Shown: positions 27,744 through 39,951 of the stretch, piece by piece
Layout: every line of letters begins with the position of its first letter
How positions within the stretch are numbered: the first letter of the stretch is position 1
Assembly (NCBI GenBank): GCA_031459385.1
Contig: JAVKIP010000001.1
Coordinates: forward strand, 160,001 to 224,000
Length of the DNA stretch: 64,000 nt
Origin: Candidatus Fervidifonticultor secundus
Lineage (GTDB): Bacteria; Sysuimicrobiota; Sysuimicrobiia; Sysuimicrobiales; Humicultoraceae
Direction of reading: 5' to 3'
Made by a program: the position numbers and the translations under genes
Notes under the pieces: generated by a model
The model's database searches: none
What the model was told of the DNA's origin: nothing
The model's input: only the letters and a program-made list of their open reading frames with translations

Positions 27744-28247
27744 ATGCTGATCAGCGAGCGCATGAACGCCGCCCTGAACGAGCAGATTGGGCGCGAGTTC
27801 GGGGCGTCCCTGCAGTACGTGAACATTGCCGCGCACTTCGCCGAGCAGAACCTCCCACTGCTGTCGGCACACTTCTACCGACAGGCCGAGGAGGAGCGGG
27901 AGCACGCCCTGCGCATCGTGCGCTACATCACCGATGCCGGTGGCCACGTGGCCATCCCGGCGGTGCCGGGGCCGAAGACACAGTTCGCCGCGGCCGAGGA
28001 GGCGGTGAAGCTCTCCCTGGAGTGGGAGCAGGAGGTCACCCGTCAGATCCACCGCCTGGTGGAGCTGGCGGTCAAGGAGAACGACTACACCACGCAACAG
28101 ATGCTCCAGTGGTTCGTCGAGGAACAGCTCGAGGAAGTGGCGAGCATGGAGGAGTTGCTGAGCGTCGTCCGGCGCGCGGGCGAAGGTGGCCTGCTGCTCG
28201 TCGAGGAGTTCCTGGCGCGCAAGGGCCGCACGGGCAGCGAGGGGTAA
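27744..28247 (+). CDS. Ferritin (non-heme, FtnA-like)
   Basis: LNEQIGREF.AS..Y, QAEEEREHA, E..VT..I, LQWFVEEQLEE ferroxidase residues. Confidence 0.93.
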   Translation: MLISERMNAALNEQIGREFGASLQYVNIAAHFAEQNLPLLSAHFYRQAEEEREHALRIVRYITDAGGHVAIPAVPGPKTQFAAAEEAVKLSLEWEQEVTRQIHRLVELAVKENDYTTQQMLQWFVEEQLEEVASMEELLSVVRRAGEGGLLLVEEFLARKGRTGSEG

Positions 28248-28296
28248 CGAGCCCTCACGCGCAGCGTCGCGTGCCGCCAGCGGGCGGCCGCGACGG

Positions 28297-31200
28297 TCAG
28301 GACGGGGCCGCGGCGACCGCCCGGACCCGCGGGCTGGCCAGGAAGATCGCGCGCAGGTCGTCGGGCAGGCTCGCGGCGATCTGCCGGTGGAGGCGGTCGA
28401 GCGCGGCGCGGTCCTCCGGGCGTCCGAACAGCGCCACGCGCAGCTCCAGCGCCCGCCGGAGCACCGGGGCGTGCTCCGCATCCTGCGCCTGCTGGACCGC
28501 CCGGGCGAGCAGGCCGTCTGCGGCTGCGCGCTGTCCCTCGTGCGCGGCGAGCCTGGCGTCGATGACCGCCAGGCCGGCCAGATAGGCAGGCGATCCGTGC
28601 TGCGTGACCGCCGCGCGGCGCCGATCTGCGAAGCGACGAGCGTCGTCGACGGCTGCGAGGTCGATCATCACCCAGCACACCGGCAGGACGAGCATGGCGT
28701 CGACGGGCGCGAACGCCGCCTGGGGGAGGTTGCGCAGGAGCTCGATCCGCCGGGTGAGCTCGTCGCGGTCCTGCCGGAGATACGCGCTCAACAGCCCGCT
28801 CAACTCGCCGATCGAGCGCCAGGCCACGCTGCCGGTGCCAGTCTGTGCTCCCCGGTCCAACGGCGCAAGGGCACGTTCCACCGCGCCGATCTCGATGTAG
28901 CACAGGCCTAGGGTGACGTAGAGGAACGGGAGCTCCCGGGGCGTGAGCTCGCGCGCCGCCGGCAACACGTCATCGGAGAGGCGGATCGCCTCGCCCCCCG
29001 TCCGGTATCCCAGTAGAGCTGCGCGAGGAACTCCTTGGCGTAGACCGCGCGGCGCCGGTCGCCGATGGTCTCCGCCAGTGCCAGCGCCGCCTCGTTGTAC
29101 TCCAGCGCCCGTCGTGGCTCGCCGGCCCAGGTGTGGACCACGCCGAGGTAACTGAGGCTGGTGGCCTCGCGTGAGCGATCCCCCGCCGCGCGGGCGATCA
29201 CGAGCGCGTCCGTCGCGGCCGCGATCGCCTCGTCGGTCTGGCCCAGCGCCAGGTGGGTCATGCAGCGGAGGTTCAGCGCGCGGGCCAGCGTGGCGTGGTC
29301 GTCGGTCTCGCGCAGCAGGGTCACGGCCTCGCCGAGCGTGCGCTGCGCGAACGGCATCTCCCCGCGGTCCCAGGCCACGGTGGCCAGGTCGACCAGGGAG
29401 AGCGCCAGGGCCCGGCGGTCGTCGGAGGCGCGGGCGAGCGCCGCGGCACGCTGGAAGTGCTGCTCGGCCTCGTCCAGCCTGGCCTCGCGGTGGTGGACGA
29501 ACCCGACGCGGTTCTCGAAGGCCGCTTCCCGCGCCCGGTCGCCTGCGGCCTGCGCGAGCCGCAGGCCGGCCTGGAAGTCGGCCAGCGCCGCGGCGTAGTC
29601 GCCCAGCAGCTGGTGGACCTCGCCCCGACCCAGGTACAGCGCTGGGAGGTCGGCCTGGAGGCCGGCGATCTGTGCCGCGGCCAGCGCCTGCTCGTACAAC
29701 CGCAGGGCGTCGGCGTTGGCGTACTGGCGTCGGGCCTTCGCCGCGGCCCGGTGCAGGTACACGGCGGCCCGGGCATCGTCACCGCCCAGGCGGAAGTGCT
29801 CGGCCACGATCTCCACGCTGTCCTCGGCGCGGTCGCCCAGCCGCGCCTCCAGCCATCGGGCTGCCTCGGCGTGGGCGCGCTGCCGCTGCGCGCGGGGCAG
29901 CATCCCGTAGGCGACCTCGCGGGTCAGGGTCTGCCGGAACGCGAACTCGGGCTCGTCCCCCCACCGCCGACCGCGCGTGCTCCTCGACTAGGTCTTTCGC
30001 CGCCAGCGCCACGATGATGCGACGCGCCTCGTCGGGGGAGACGCCGGCCAGCTGCGCCGTCGCCGACGGCCAGAACGCGTGGCCGATGACCGCCGCAGCC
30101 TGCAGGACGCGGCGCTCCTCCGCCGGCAGCCGGTCGATGCGCGCGGCGATGACGGCCTGAATCGTATCGGGCACGGCCAGGTCGGCACCCGGGCGCCAGG
30201 GTTCCTCCTCCATGGCGACCATGCCCACGAGCTCCTCGGCGAACAGCGGGTTGCCTTCGGCCCGGCGCACGAGCGCCTGCCGCACCTCGGGCCGCAGCGG
30301 ACGCGGGCTCAGCGCGTCGATCAGCCGTTCCGTCTCGTCCGGTGTGAGCGGGTGCAGGTCGATGTGGAGCTGGTTGCGCCCGCCGGCGCCCCACGCGGGC
30401 CGGCGCTCGAGCAGTTCTGGCCGCGCGACGCAGACCAGGCAGAGTGCAGCGTTGCGGACATCCGCGACGATCGACGGCACCAGATCCAGCAGCCCCTCGT
30501 CCGCCCAGTGCATGTCCTCGAAGACCACGATCACCGGCCGGCGCCGGGCCAGCCGCGCCAGCAGCTGCCGCCAGGCGTCGAACAGCTGCTGCCGCGTCCG
30601 GCCGGGGTCGTCGTGGCCGTTGCCGCTGCCGAAGGTGAGCCACAGCCCGTCCAGCACCTCGTCCGCGTCGCCGATCGCCTCGCGCAGCCAGTGAGCCAGG
30701 CGGGCGCGCACGGTCTCCGGCGGGTCGGTGTCGTGCCAGCCCGCCTGCGCCCGCAGGATGTCCAGCAGGGCGTGGTACCCGATCCGACCCGCCAGCGCCA
30801 GGCTGCGGCCGCGCAGGCACAGCGGCGCGGGATCGCCGGCGCCGACCGCGGCCAGGAACTCGTGGACGAGGCGGGTCTTGCCGACGCCGGGCTGCCCGAG
30901 GCTCGTCACCAGGTGCACCTGCGGGGTACGGCGGCTCCGCTCGTAGGTCCCGCGCAGCAGCTCGAACTCTACCTCGCCGTCTACCAGCGGGGCCAGCAGG
31001 CCGTGGGTCCGCTGCCGCTCCTCCAGGGGCGCGATCGCCTCCCACACCCGCAGCGGCGCCGTCTTGCCCTTGGCTTCCACCGGGGCCAACTCGCGGTAGG
31101 CGATGGCGCCGCGCGTCAGGCGGTAGGTACGCTCGCCGACGACGACCGCGCCCGGCGCGGCGGCCTGCTGAATGCGGGCCGCCACGGTGACCGCGTCGGA

Positions 31201-31704
31201 GACCAGGAAGTCGCGGTCGAACGGCGAGCCCGAGGCGGCTACCACTTCGCCGGTGTTGATGCCCACACGGACGCTCAACTGCAGCTGGTGCGCCGCCAGC
31301 GCGGTGTAGAGCGACGCCAGGGCGGGCTGCAGCGCCAGGCCGGCGCGTACCGCCCGCTCGGGGTCGTCCTCGTGTGTGGCTGGCAGGCCGAAGGTCGCCA
31401 GCACCCCGTCGCCCAGCAGGTTGGCGACGGTTTCACCGAACCGCTCGACCGTCTGCTGCACGGCGGTGTAGAACCGACCGATGACGGCACGGGCGTCTTC
31501 GGGGTCGAGCCGCTCGGTGAGCCCCGTGGATCCCACCAGGTCGACGAAAACGGTGGTGATGACGCGGCGGGCCTCGGCCGTGAGGATCTGGCCACCCGCC
31601 TGCTGCGGCCCTGCGGCCAGGCCGCGGCCGCAGTTGGCGCAGAAGTTGGCCATCGGCGGATTGTCGAATCCACAGATGGCACACCGCCGCGCGTCTGCGG
31701 CCAT
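28297..31704 (-). pseudogene. Zinc-ribbon + class III nucleotide cyclase + AAA/STAND ATPase + TPR protein, split by two frameshifts (real lesion or sequencing error)
   Basis: CAICG...FCANCG, FVDLVGST, GDG, HEDDPERA, GINTGEV, Walker A GQPGVGKT, FEDMHWAD, GNPLF, then TPRs. The frame breaks at C6 runs 29957-29962 and 28994-28999. Confidence 0.85.
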
Positions 31705-31895
31705 AGATGTTGTTTTCGTCCGGGCCGGGCGGACCTCCTCGGCAGGGAGGCGCACCGTATCGGGACAGACGTGCACCGTGGGGTATGGCCGTGCACCGCG
31801 CCGGCAGGGAACGGCGCCGCGTGGCGGGGAATGTCGGGAAGACCGGCGGCGTGGCGGCGCCGCCGACATCGCGTCCGGGGTGCGTGGAGGGCGGC

Positions 31896-33284
31896 ATGTA
31901 CGACCTGGTGGTGCGCGGGGGCACGGTGGTGACCACGGGCGCCGAGGGGGTCTGTGACGTCGGCGTGCACGACGGGCGCATCGCGCAGCTGGGCGGCCCC
32001 ATGCAGGGCCGCCAGGAGATCGACGCCCGCGGCCTCTACGTGCTCCCCGGCGGCGTGGACGTGCACGTGCACCTGACGTCGCCGGTGGCCCCGGGGTCCG
32101 GCGTGGAGGTGCGGCCGGACGACTTCTACACCGGGTCGCTGGCGGCCCTGGCGGGCGGGATCACGACGGTGGGCAACATGACCTTCCAGCGTTCCGGTGA
32201 GCGCCTGCAGGACGCGCTGGACCGCGATCTGGCTGCCGCCCGGCAGGACGCCGCGGTCGACTACATCCTCCATCCGGTGCTGACCGATCCCACCCCGGTC
32301 GTCCTGGAGGAGATTCCGCGTCTGGCCGCGGCCGGGCACACCAGCCTGAAGGTCTTCATGGTCACCGAGCAGTTCGACGCGCAGATCGACGCCTACGTCG
32401 AGGCGATCCGGCTGGCCGGCGCGGCAGGGATGCTGACGCTGGTGCACTGCGAGGACGGGGCGCTGGTTCGCTGCGCCGGGCGCGCGCTGCTGGCCGCGGA
32501 CCGTGGTGCCGCGCGCTTCTACCCCGACAGCCGGCCCGTGTGGAGCGAGTCAGCGGCGGTCGAGCGCGCCGTGGCCATCGCGCGGGCCGTGGCCGCACCC
32601 CTGTACGTCGTGCACCTCTCCTCGGCCGCGGCCCTCGACGCCTGCCGGCGTGCTCGCGCCGACGGGGTGCCGGTCTTCGTAGAGACGCGGCCCATGTACC
32701 TGCACCTCACGCGGGCGGCGTTCGACGCGCCTGATGCCGCCAAGGTTGCCGGCGCGCCGCCGCTGCGCGACGCTGCCGACGTGAGGGCGCTGTGGGCCGG
32801 GCTGGCCGGCGGCGACGTGCAGTGCGTCTGCAGCGACCACGCCCCTTGGACGCTGGCCCAGAAGCTGGACCCGGCGCTGGACGTGACCACGCTGCGTCAG
32901 GGGGTCGCGGATCTCGAGACCCTGAGGCCGATGCTGTTCTCGGAGGGCGTGCGCGCTGGCCGCCTGTCGCTGAGCCGCTTCGTCGACGTCACCGCCACCG
33001 CAGCCGCGAAGCTGTTCGGCCTCTACCCGCGCAAGGGGACGGTCGCGGTCGGCAGCGACGCCGATCTGGTCCTGTGGGACCCGGCGCGGCGCTGGGTCGT
33101 GGACGGGGCGCGCATGTACTCCCGGGCGGGCTACACGCCCTACGACGGCCGCGAAGTGCTGGGTGCGCCGCGGCTCGTCTTCAGCCGTGGCGAGCTCGTG
33201 GCCGCCGACGGCCAGGTGACGGCGGCGCGCGGCCGCGGTCGGTGGCTGGCGCGCGCCGCGCGGCCAGGTGGGCCGTGGACCTGA
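31896..33284 (+). CDS. Dihydropyrimidinase/hydantoinase-family cyclic amidohydrolase
   Basis: PGGVDVHVH, AALAGGITT, SLKVFM (carbamylated Lys), VHCE, VVHLS, SDHAP, PRKG...GSDADLV. Confidence 0.9.
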   Translation: MYDLVVRGGTVVTTGAEGVCDVGVHDGRIAQLGGPMQGRQEIDARGLYVLPGGVDVHVHLTSPVAPGSGVEVRPDDFYTGSLAALAGGITTVGNMTFQRSGERLQDALDRDLAAARQDAAVDYILHPVLTDPTPVVLEEIPRLAAAGHTSLKVFMVTEQFDAQIDAYVEAIRLAGAAGMLTLVHCEDGALVRCAGRALLAADRGAARFYPDSRPVWSESAAVERAVAIARAVAAPLYVVHLSSAAALDACRRARADGVPVFVETRPMYLHLTRAAFDAPDAAKVAGAPPLRDAADVRALWAGLAGGDVQCVCSDHAPWTLAQKLDPALDVTTLRQGVADLETLRPMLFSEGVRAGRLSLSRFVDVTATAAAKLFGLYPRKGTVAVGSDADLVLWDPARRWVVDGARMYSRAGYTPYDGREVLGAPRLVFSRGELVAADGQVTAARGRGRWLARAARPGGPWT

Positions 33285-34294
33285 CGATCGTCGGCGCGGG
33301 CGCCGTCGGCGGCATCACCGGCGCGCACCTGGCCCGCGCCGGCCACTCCGTCGTGCTGGTGGATCGCAACCGCGCACACATCGAGGCGATGCGGACTCGA
33401 GGCCTGGAGGTGGCCGGCGCCGCGGCCTTCACCGTGCGACTGCACGCCTGCCTGCCCGAAGAGGTCCGGGGTCCGCTGGCCGTGGTGCTCCTGGCCGTCA
33501 AGACGCTGCACACGCGCGATGCGCTGGCGCCGCTGGTCCCGCGCCTGGCGCCCGATGGCTATGTGGTGTCGATGCAGAACGGTCTTGAGGAAGAGAAGAT
33601 CGCGGCCCTGGTGGGGCGCGAGCGGACGGTCGGCGCCTTCCTGACGTTCGGCGGCTACTACGAGCGCCCGGGCCGCGTCGTCTACAGCGGCCCCGGATCG
33701 CTGCGCGTCGGCGAGCTCGACGGCCGACTGACCCCGCGGGTGCGCGAGCTGGCCCGCGTCCTCTCCGCTTTCCACCCCTGCGAGCCCACCGAGAACATCC
33801 ACGGGTACCTCTGGGGCAAGCTGATCCTGGGGGCGATCTACTTCGCCACCGCGGTGGTCGATGCCGACGTGCTCGAGATCCTCGACCGGCCCCAGGCCCG
33901 CGCCATCCTGGCCGGCCTGGCCACCGAAGCGCTTGCGGTGGCCGAGGCGCTGGGCGTGCGCGTCGAGCCCGTGGACGGCTTCGATCCGCGCGCCATCCGG
34001 CTCGACCCGCGGGGTGCGCCGGTGGATCCTGCGGGCGCGCGAGCCGCCTGGGCGGCGCAGCGCGCCTACTGGCAGCGCGGGCTGGCCCGGCGCACCGGCG
34101 TCTGGCGCGACCTGGCCGTCCATCGCCGTCCGAGCGAGGCCGGACCGATCCTGGGCGCGTTGGTCGAGGCGGCCGGCCGCGCGGGACGCCCCGTGCCCCG
34201 CGTGCGCGCGCTGCTGCGCCTGATCGCCGACATCGAGGCCGGCCGGGGTGTGCTCGACTGGACAAACCTCGAGGTGCTCGCTGCGGCCGCCTGA
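33275..34294 (+). CDS. Ketopantoate reductase (PanE/ApbA)-family oxidoreductase
   Basis: GAGAVGG, LAVK, SMQNGL, LWGKL; GTG start overlapping the hydantoinase end. Confidence 0.85.
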   Translation: MDLTIVGAGAVGGITGAHLARAGHSVVLVDRNRAHIEAMRTRGLEVAGAAAFTVRLHACLPEEVRGPLAVVLLAVKTLHTRDALAPLVPRLAPDGYVVSMQNGLEEEKIAALVGRERTVGAFLTFGGYYERPGRVVYSGPGSLRVGELDGRLTPRVRELARVLSAFHPCEPTENIHGYLWGKLILGAIYFATAVVDADVLEILDRPQARAILAGLATEALAVAEALGVRVEPVDGFDPRAIRLDPRGAPVDPAGARAAWAAQRAYWQRGLARRTGVWRDLAVHRRPSEAGPILGALVEAAGRAGRPVPRVRALLRLIADIEAGRGVLDWTNLEVLAAAA

Positions 34295-34325
34295 CGCGCC
34301 GGCCGCCTGGTCCCCCGCCTGCGGG

Positions 34326-35123
34326 CTACCCTGGCGCGCCGAGCTCCCGTGCCGGCGCCATGTGCGTCCGGCCGCAGTGTGCCCCGCCGGTGACGTAGAA
34401 CACTTCGCCGTGCACGTACCGCGCCCGATCTGACGCCAGGAAGAGCACCGCCTGGGCGATCTCATCGGCGGCCCCGGTCCGGCCCAGCGGGATCGCCGCG
34501 AGCATGTCGCGGACGTAGGGGTGGGGCGGCGGGTCCTCGCGGGTGACCACCCGGTCGAGACACAGCCCGGGCGCCACGGCGTTCACGCGGATCCCGTGCG
34601 GACCCAGTTCGATGGCGAGGACGTGCACGAGCATGTTGACCGCTGCCTTCGACCCGCAGTAGTGGGCGCCGCCGACGCGCGCCGAGGTCGACGCGCCGGA
34701 GGAGATGGCCACCAGGGCCCCACCCGCGGCACGCGCGATCATCCGCCGGGCCACGGCCCGGCAGCACAGCATCGTGCCCTTCACGTTGACATCGAACGTC
34801 TGGTCCCACTCGTCCAGCGAGACCTCCAGCACCGGCGTGGTGGGGACGTAGCCGTGGAAGGTGACCAGCACGTCCACCGGTCCCAGGGCCCGCGTGCCCT
34901 CGTCGACGACGCGCTCGACCGCGTCGGGCGCGCGCACGTCGGCCGGCACGGCTACCACCGGTGTCCCGGCTGCCCGCACCGCCGCGGCGGCCGCAGCGAG
35001 CCCCACGGGGTCGAGATCGGTGAGGAGCAGGCGCGCGCCCTCGCGGGCGAAGGCCAGGGCGCAGGGCCGGCCGAGCCGCCCCGCGGCGCCGGTGAGCATG
35101 ACCACGCGGTCCTGAAACTCCAT
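34326..35123 (-). CDS. Short-chain dehydrogenase/reductase (SDR)
   Basis: TGAAGRLG, catalytic YCGSK, GIRVNAVAPG, IPLGR.G...EIA. Confidence 0.92.
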   Translation of the reverse strand: MEFQDRVVMLTGAAGRLGRPCALAFAREGARLLLTDLDPVGLAAAAAAVRAAGTPVVAVPADVRAPDAVERVVDEGTRALGPVDVLVTFHGYVPTTPVLEVSLDEWDQTFDVNVKGTMLCCRAVARRMIARAAGGALVAISSGASTSARVGGAHYCGSKAAVNMLVHVLAIELGPHGIRVNAVAPGLCLDRVVTREDPPPHPYVRDMLAAIPLGRTGAADEIAQAVLFLASDRARYVHGEVFYVTGGAHCGRTHMAPARELGAPG

Positions 35124-35176
35124 GAGCGGCCTCCTGCGACCAAGACGCCGGCCGGCGCCGGGCGTCCGGGATGGGA

Positions 35177-36031
35177 TCAACGGGGGAACAAGCGCCGGAT
35201 GTCGGCGCCGCGCGAGGTCAGGAGCACGGCGCCGACCAGCACGGCGGCGAAGGCGATGAGCAGCGCCGAGAGCGCGGCGATGGTGGGGTCCTGCCACTTC
35301 TCCATGTACAGGAACATCTCGATGGGCAGGGTGTTGTTCTCGCCGCGCGTCAGGAAGATCGAGCTCTCGACCTGGTCGAACGAGACGATAAACGCCAGCA
35401 GCCCGCTGACCAGCACCCCGGAGCGGATCTGCGGGAGCACGATGCACCACAGGACCGTGGGCGCCGACGCCCCCAGGTCCTGCGCCGCCTCCTCCAGCGA
35501 GACGTCGAGGCCCACGAGGTTGGCGGCGACGATGTTGATCACGAACGGCAGCACCACGATGGTGTGGGCCAGGACGATGGGCACGAGTCCACCCTGGAGC
35601 CCGAGTCGGGCGAAGAAGATGAACCAGCCCACGCCCAGCACGATCTTCGGCATCACGATGGGCGACAGCAGGAACCCCCGGAGCAGCTCCTTGCCGCGGA
35701 ACCGGCCGCGGACCAGGGCCAGGGCGCCGAGCACCCCCAGGCCCAGGGCCAGGCCCGTGGCGACCAGCGCGATGACGACGCTGCGGACGAACGCGTCGCG
35801 GAACGAGGTCAGGCCCAGCAGGTTGGCGTACCAGCGCAGCGACAGCCCCGGGGGCGGGAACACCCCATAGGCGACGCTGCTGAACGAGTAGGCCACCACG
35901 ATGACCAGCGGCAGCAGCGCGAAGCCAATGCCCAGCAGCAGCGTCGCCCGCAGCAGCGCGTCGCGCACCGCCGTGGCCCGAGCTTCCTCGGCCTCGACCT
36001 GCAGCTCGGCACGGGCCTCGAGGGCGGTCAT
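35177..36031 (-). CDS. ABC permease, PotC-like
   Basis: SLRWY, LEEAAQDLGA EAA motif, SFDQ, TLPI. Confidence 0.9.
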   Translation of the reverse strand: MTALEARAELQVEAEEARATAVRDALLRATLLLGIGFALLPLVIVVAYSFSSVAYGVFPPPGLSLRWYANLLGLTSFRDAFVRSVVIALVATGLALGLGVLGALALVRGRFRGKELLRGFLLSPIVMPKIVLGVGWFIFFARLGLQGGLVPIVLAHTIVVLPFVINIVAANLVGLDVSLEEAAQDLGASAPTVLWCIVLPQIRSGVLVSGLLAFIVSFDQVESSIFLTRGENNTLPIEMFLYMEKWQDPTIAALSALLIAFAAVLVGAVLLTSRGADIRRLFPR

Positions 36032-36872
36032 ACCGACGGGAGGCGCCGCAGCACGGCGTTGAGCGCCCACACTGCCGCCACGGAGAGCACCAGCAGCGTC
36101 AGACCGGAGACGGCACCGGTCGGCCAGTTGATCTCGACGGTGTTGTTGTAGACCATCAGCGGCAGGACCTGCACCCTCCCCCCGCCCAGCAGCCGCGGCG
36201 TTACGAACGCGCTCAGCGCCAGCGTGAAGCAGATCAGCGCGCTGGCCACGATCCCCGGCATCGTCAGCGGCAGCGTCACGTGGCGGAAGGCGTCCCACCA
36301 GCCCGCGCCCAGGTCCGTGGCGGCTTCCTTCAGCGCGCGGTCGAGCCGGCTCATGACACTGTAGATGGGGAAGATGGCGAACGGCAGCATGATGTGTGTC
36401 AGGCTGATGACGACGCCCCGGGTGTTGAACAGCAGGCTCAGGGGCTCGTCGAGCAGCCCCAGACCCCGCAGCGTCGTGTTCACCAGCCCCTGGCTGGCCA
36501 GCAGGATGAGCCAGCCGTACGTCCGTACCACGACGCTGACCAGCAGCGGCGAGAAGAGCAGCAGCGCCAGCAGCGCCCGGGCGCCGCCCCGGCGGACCCG
36601 GGTGTGCAGCGCGTAGGCGAGCGGGTAGCCGATGGCGACCGCCAGGACCGTGACCACCAGCGACAGGCGCACCGACTCGGCGATGATCTTGTACGAGAAC
36701 GGATCGGTGAAGTAGTCGGCGTACGTCCGCAGGGTCCACACCGGCAGGATGCGGCCGTCCTTGAAGAGGTGGAACGAGTTGACGAAGTACACGCCCAGTG
36801 GGGCGACGTAGAGCACGGCCATGGCCGCCAGGGCAGGCGTCAGCAGGGCGAGGGCTGCGGAGCCGCTGAGCG

Positions 36873-36876
<4 letters not shown>
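36028..36876 (-). CDS. ABC permease, PotB-like
   Basis: GYPLAY, VVRTYGW, LKEAATDLGA, FVTPRLLGG. Confidence 0.9.
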
Positions 36877-37997
<1,121 letters not shown>

Positions 37998-38046
37998 GGG
38001 TCGACAGCCGGCGGCCCCAGGACCGCCGGGGACACCGGCGGGCGTG

Positions 38047-39117
38047 CTAGAGCCGCGATTTGACTTCCTTCTCCCAGCGCTGGCGCCACTCGCTGGCCTT
38101 CTGGCCCATCGTTGCCCAGTCGAGCCAGATGGCCGTGTCCAGCAGTTTGGGGTTCAGGATCGCGCGCACCGTCTCGGACAGCTCAGCATCGGCGCGGGCG
38201 GGGATGCCGAAGGTCAGGCGCGCGTAGCGAGCGTTGTTCTCGGCGGTCAGTAGCTCGTTGATGATCTCCTCGGCCACCCGCACTTGCTCGGGCGTGCTGC
38301 CCTTGACGATCTGCAAGTAGATGGGGAAGGCGACGACGCCCTCCCTGGGCACCGCGAATCCCAGCGGCGCGCCGCCGATCTCCCAGAACTTCCAGATACT
38401 GGTGAACCAGGGCGCGATGTGCGCCTCGCCCGTCACCAGCAGCTGCAGCAACTGGTCGTTGCTGTTGGCCAGCGCGCGGATGTTCCTGGCGTTCTCCGCC
38501 CAGACGCGGAAGCCGGGGTCGATGTTCTTCTCGTCGCCGCCGTTGAAGCGCGCCGCCAGCACCAGCGGGATGAAGTTGTTGTCGAAGAAGGTCACCTTGC
38601 CGCGCCACTTCGGGTTCCACAGCTCCGTCCACGACGCCGGTGGATCCTTCACGAGGTTGCGGTTGTACATATACCCGACGCCGCTGATGCCGTACCCGAT
38701 GCCGCGGTCGCCCGGACGCCGCAGCGTCTTGTGGACCCGGGTCATGTTGGGGATGCGGGCGGGCGTCAGCGGTATCCACATGTCGTCGCTATCGCCGCGG
38801 TTGCTGATGTCAATGTTGAAGTAGCCGAAGTTGATGAGCGGTTTGGTGGGGTCGGCCTGCTTGGCGGCGATCATCCGCGGGTATGTCACGGCGTTGTTCG
38901 ACTCCCAAAACTCGATCTCCACATCGGGATGCGCCCGCAGGTAGCGGGCCACGACCTCGCGGGGCACGACGCCTTGGTTCGCGCCGGCCCAGATGAACAT
39001 GGTGAGCTTCACCCTGGGCGCCGCCGCGGCCGGCGGCAGCGCCAGGGCGCCCGCCACCAGCGCCGCGATCACCCAGCCCAGCGGGCGGGCGTACCAGCGT
39101 CCCTGCGTGCTCCTCAT
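38047..39117 (-). CDS. ABC substrate-binding protein, PotD/extracellular solute-binding family
   Basis: Signal peptide; YNRNLV..PPASWTELWNPKWRGKV, PREG; first gene of the potD-A-B-C-like operon. Confidence 0.88.
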   Translation of the reverse strand: MRSTQGRWYARPLGWVIAALVAGALALPPAAAAPRVKLTMFIWAGANQGVVPREVVARYLRAHPDVEIEFWESNNAVTYPRMIAAKQADPTKPLINFGYFNIDISNRGDSDDMWIPLTPARIPNMTRVHKTLRRPGDRGIGYGISGVGYMYNRNLVKDPPASWTELWNPKWRGKVTFFDNNFIPLVLAARFNGGDEKNIDPGFRVWAENARNIRALANSNDQLLQLLVTGEAHIAPWFTSIWKFWEIGGAPLGFAVPREGVVAFPIYLQIVKGSTPEQVRVAEEIINELLTAENNARYARLTFGIPARADAELSETVRAILNPKLLDTAIWLDWATMGQKASEWRQRWEKEVKSRL

Positions 39118-39275
39118 GAGTCTCCCTCCGATCACCGGCATCGAGAGCATCCCAAACCGCCGCGTGTTTGGCGGTCCGGCGCCGCACTTCCTGCTCGCCG
39201 GCGCTGGCCCGGCCCGCAGGAGCCTCCAGGTGACGCGCCGGGCGCGACGCGCGAGGATGTGTACGGGTAGCTACC

Positions 39276-39626
39276 TCACGCCGTCCGGGCCGCGTACAGC
39301 TGGTCGGTCTTCGCCGCCATGATGAAGTCGTTGCGGTGCAGGCCCCGGATCTTGTGCGTCCACCAGGTCACGGTCACCCGGCCCCACTCCGTGAGGATGG
39401 CCGGGTGGTGGCCTTCCTCGTCGGCCGCGGCGCCCACGGCGGCCGTGAACGCCAGCGCCTGCGCGAAGTTCCTGAACTTGAAGGTGCGTTCCAGCCGTTT
39501 GATCCCGTCGCGCTCGACGACCCGCCAGTCGGGGACGTGCGACTGCCATGCGGCGACCTCCGCGTCGGTGAGCGGGGGCTCGTCGCCGCGGCACGCGGTG
39601 CACTTCAGTTGCGCCAGCTCGGTCAT
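39276..39626 (-). CDS. Pterin-4-alpha-carbinolamine dehydratase
   Basis: [35 protein letters not shown]. Confidence 0.95.
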   Translation of the reverse strand: MTELAQLKCTACRGDEPPLTDAEVAAWQSHVPDWRVVERDGIKRLERTFKFRNFAQALAFTAAVGAAADEEGHHPAILTEWGRVTVTWWTHKIRGLHRNDFIMAAKTDQLYAARTA

Positions 39627-39951
39627 GGTGGCCCCCTTGCCGGGTGCGGACTCGGTCGGGACACTGCCTTCCCGCTCATGATACCTGGTGCCGGCGTGTC
39701 TGACAGCAGGGGCGCGCGGCGCCGGACGGCGAACCCGCCGAGGCCACGGTGACCGCGACGGCTGGTCCTTCGAGGCACCCGAGACCGTCGAGTTCCTCGA
39801 TGCCTCGAGGGCGGCGCCGGTACGATCCGCGCCTCCGAGCGGCGCCAGCGGTACCGGGCCGGGCGGGCCACGCGCGTGCACTGCGCGGCCCGATGGGGAG
39901 GACGGCGCCCGTGCATGACCGAAACCACGGGTGGCGCACGGGGAGGCCTGC

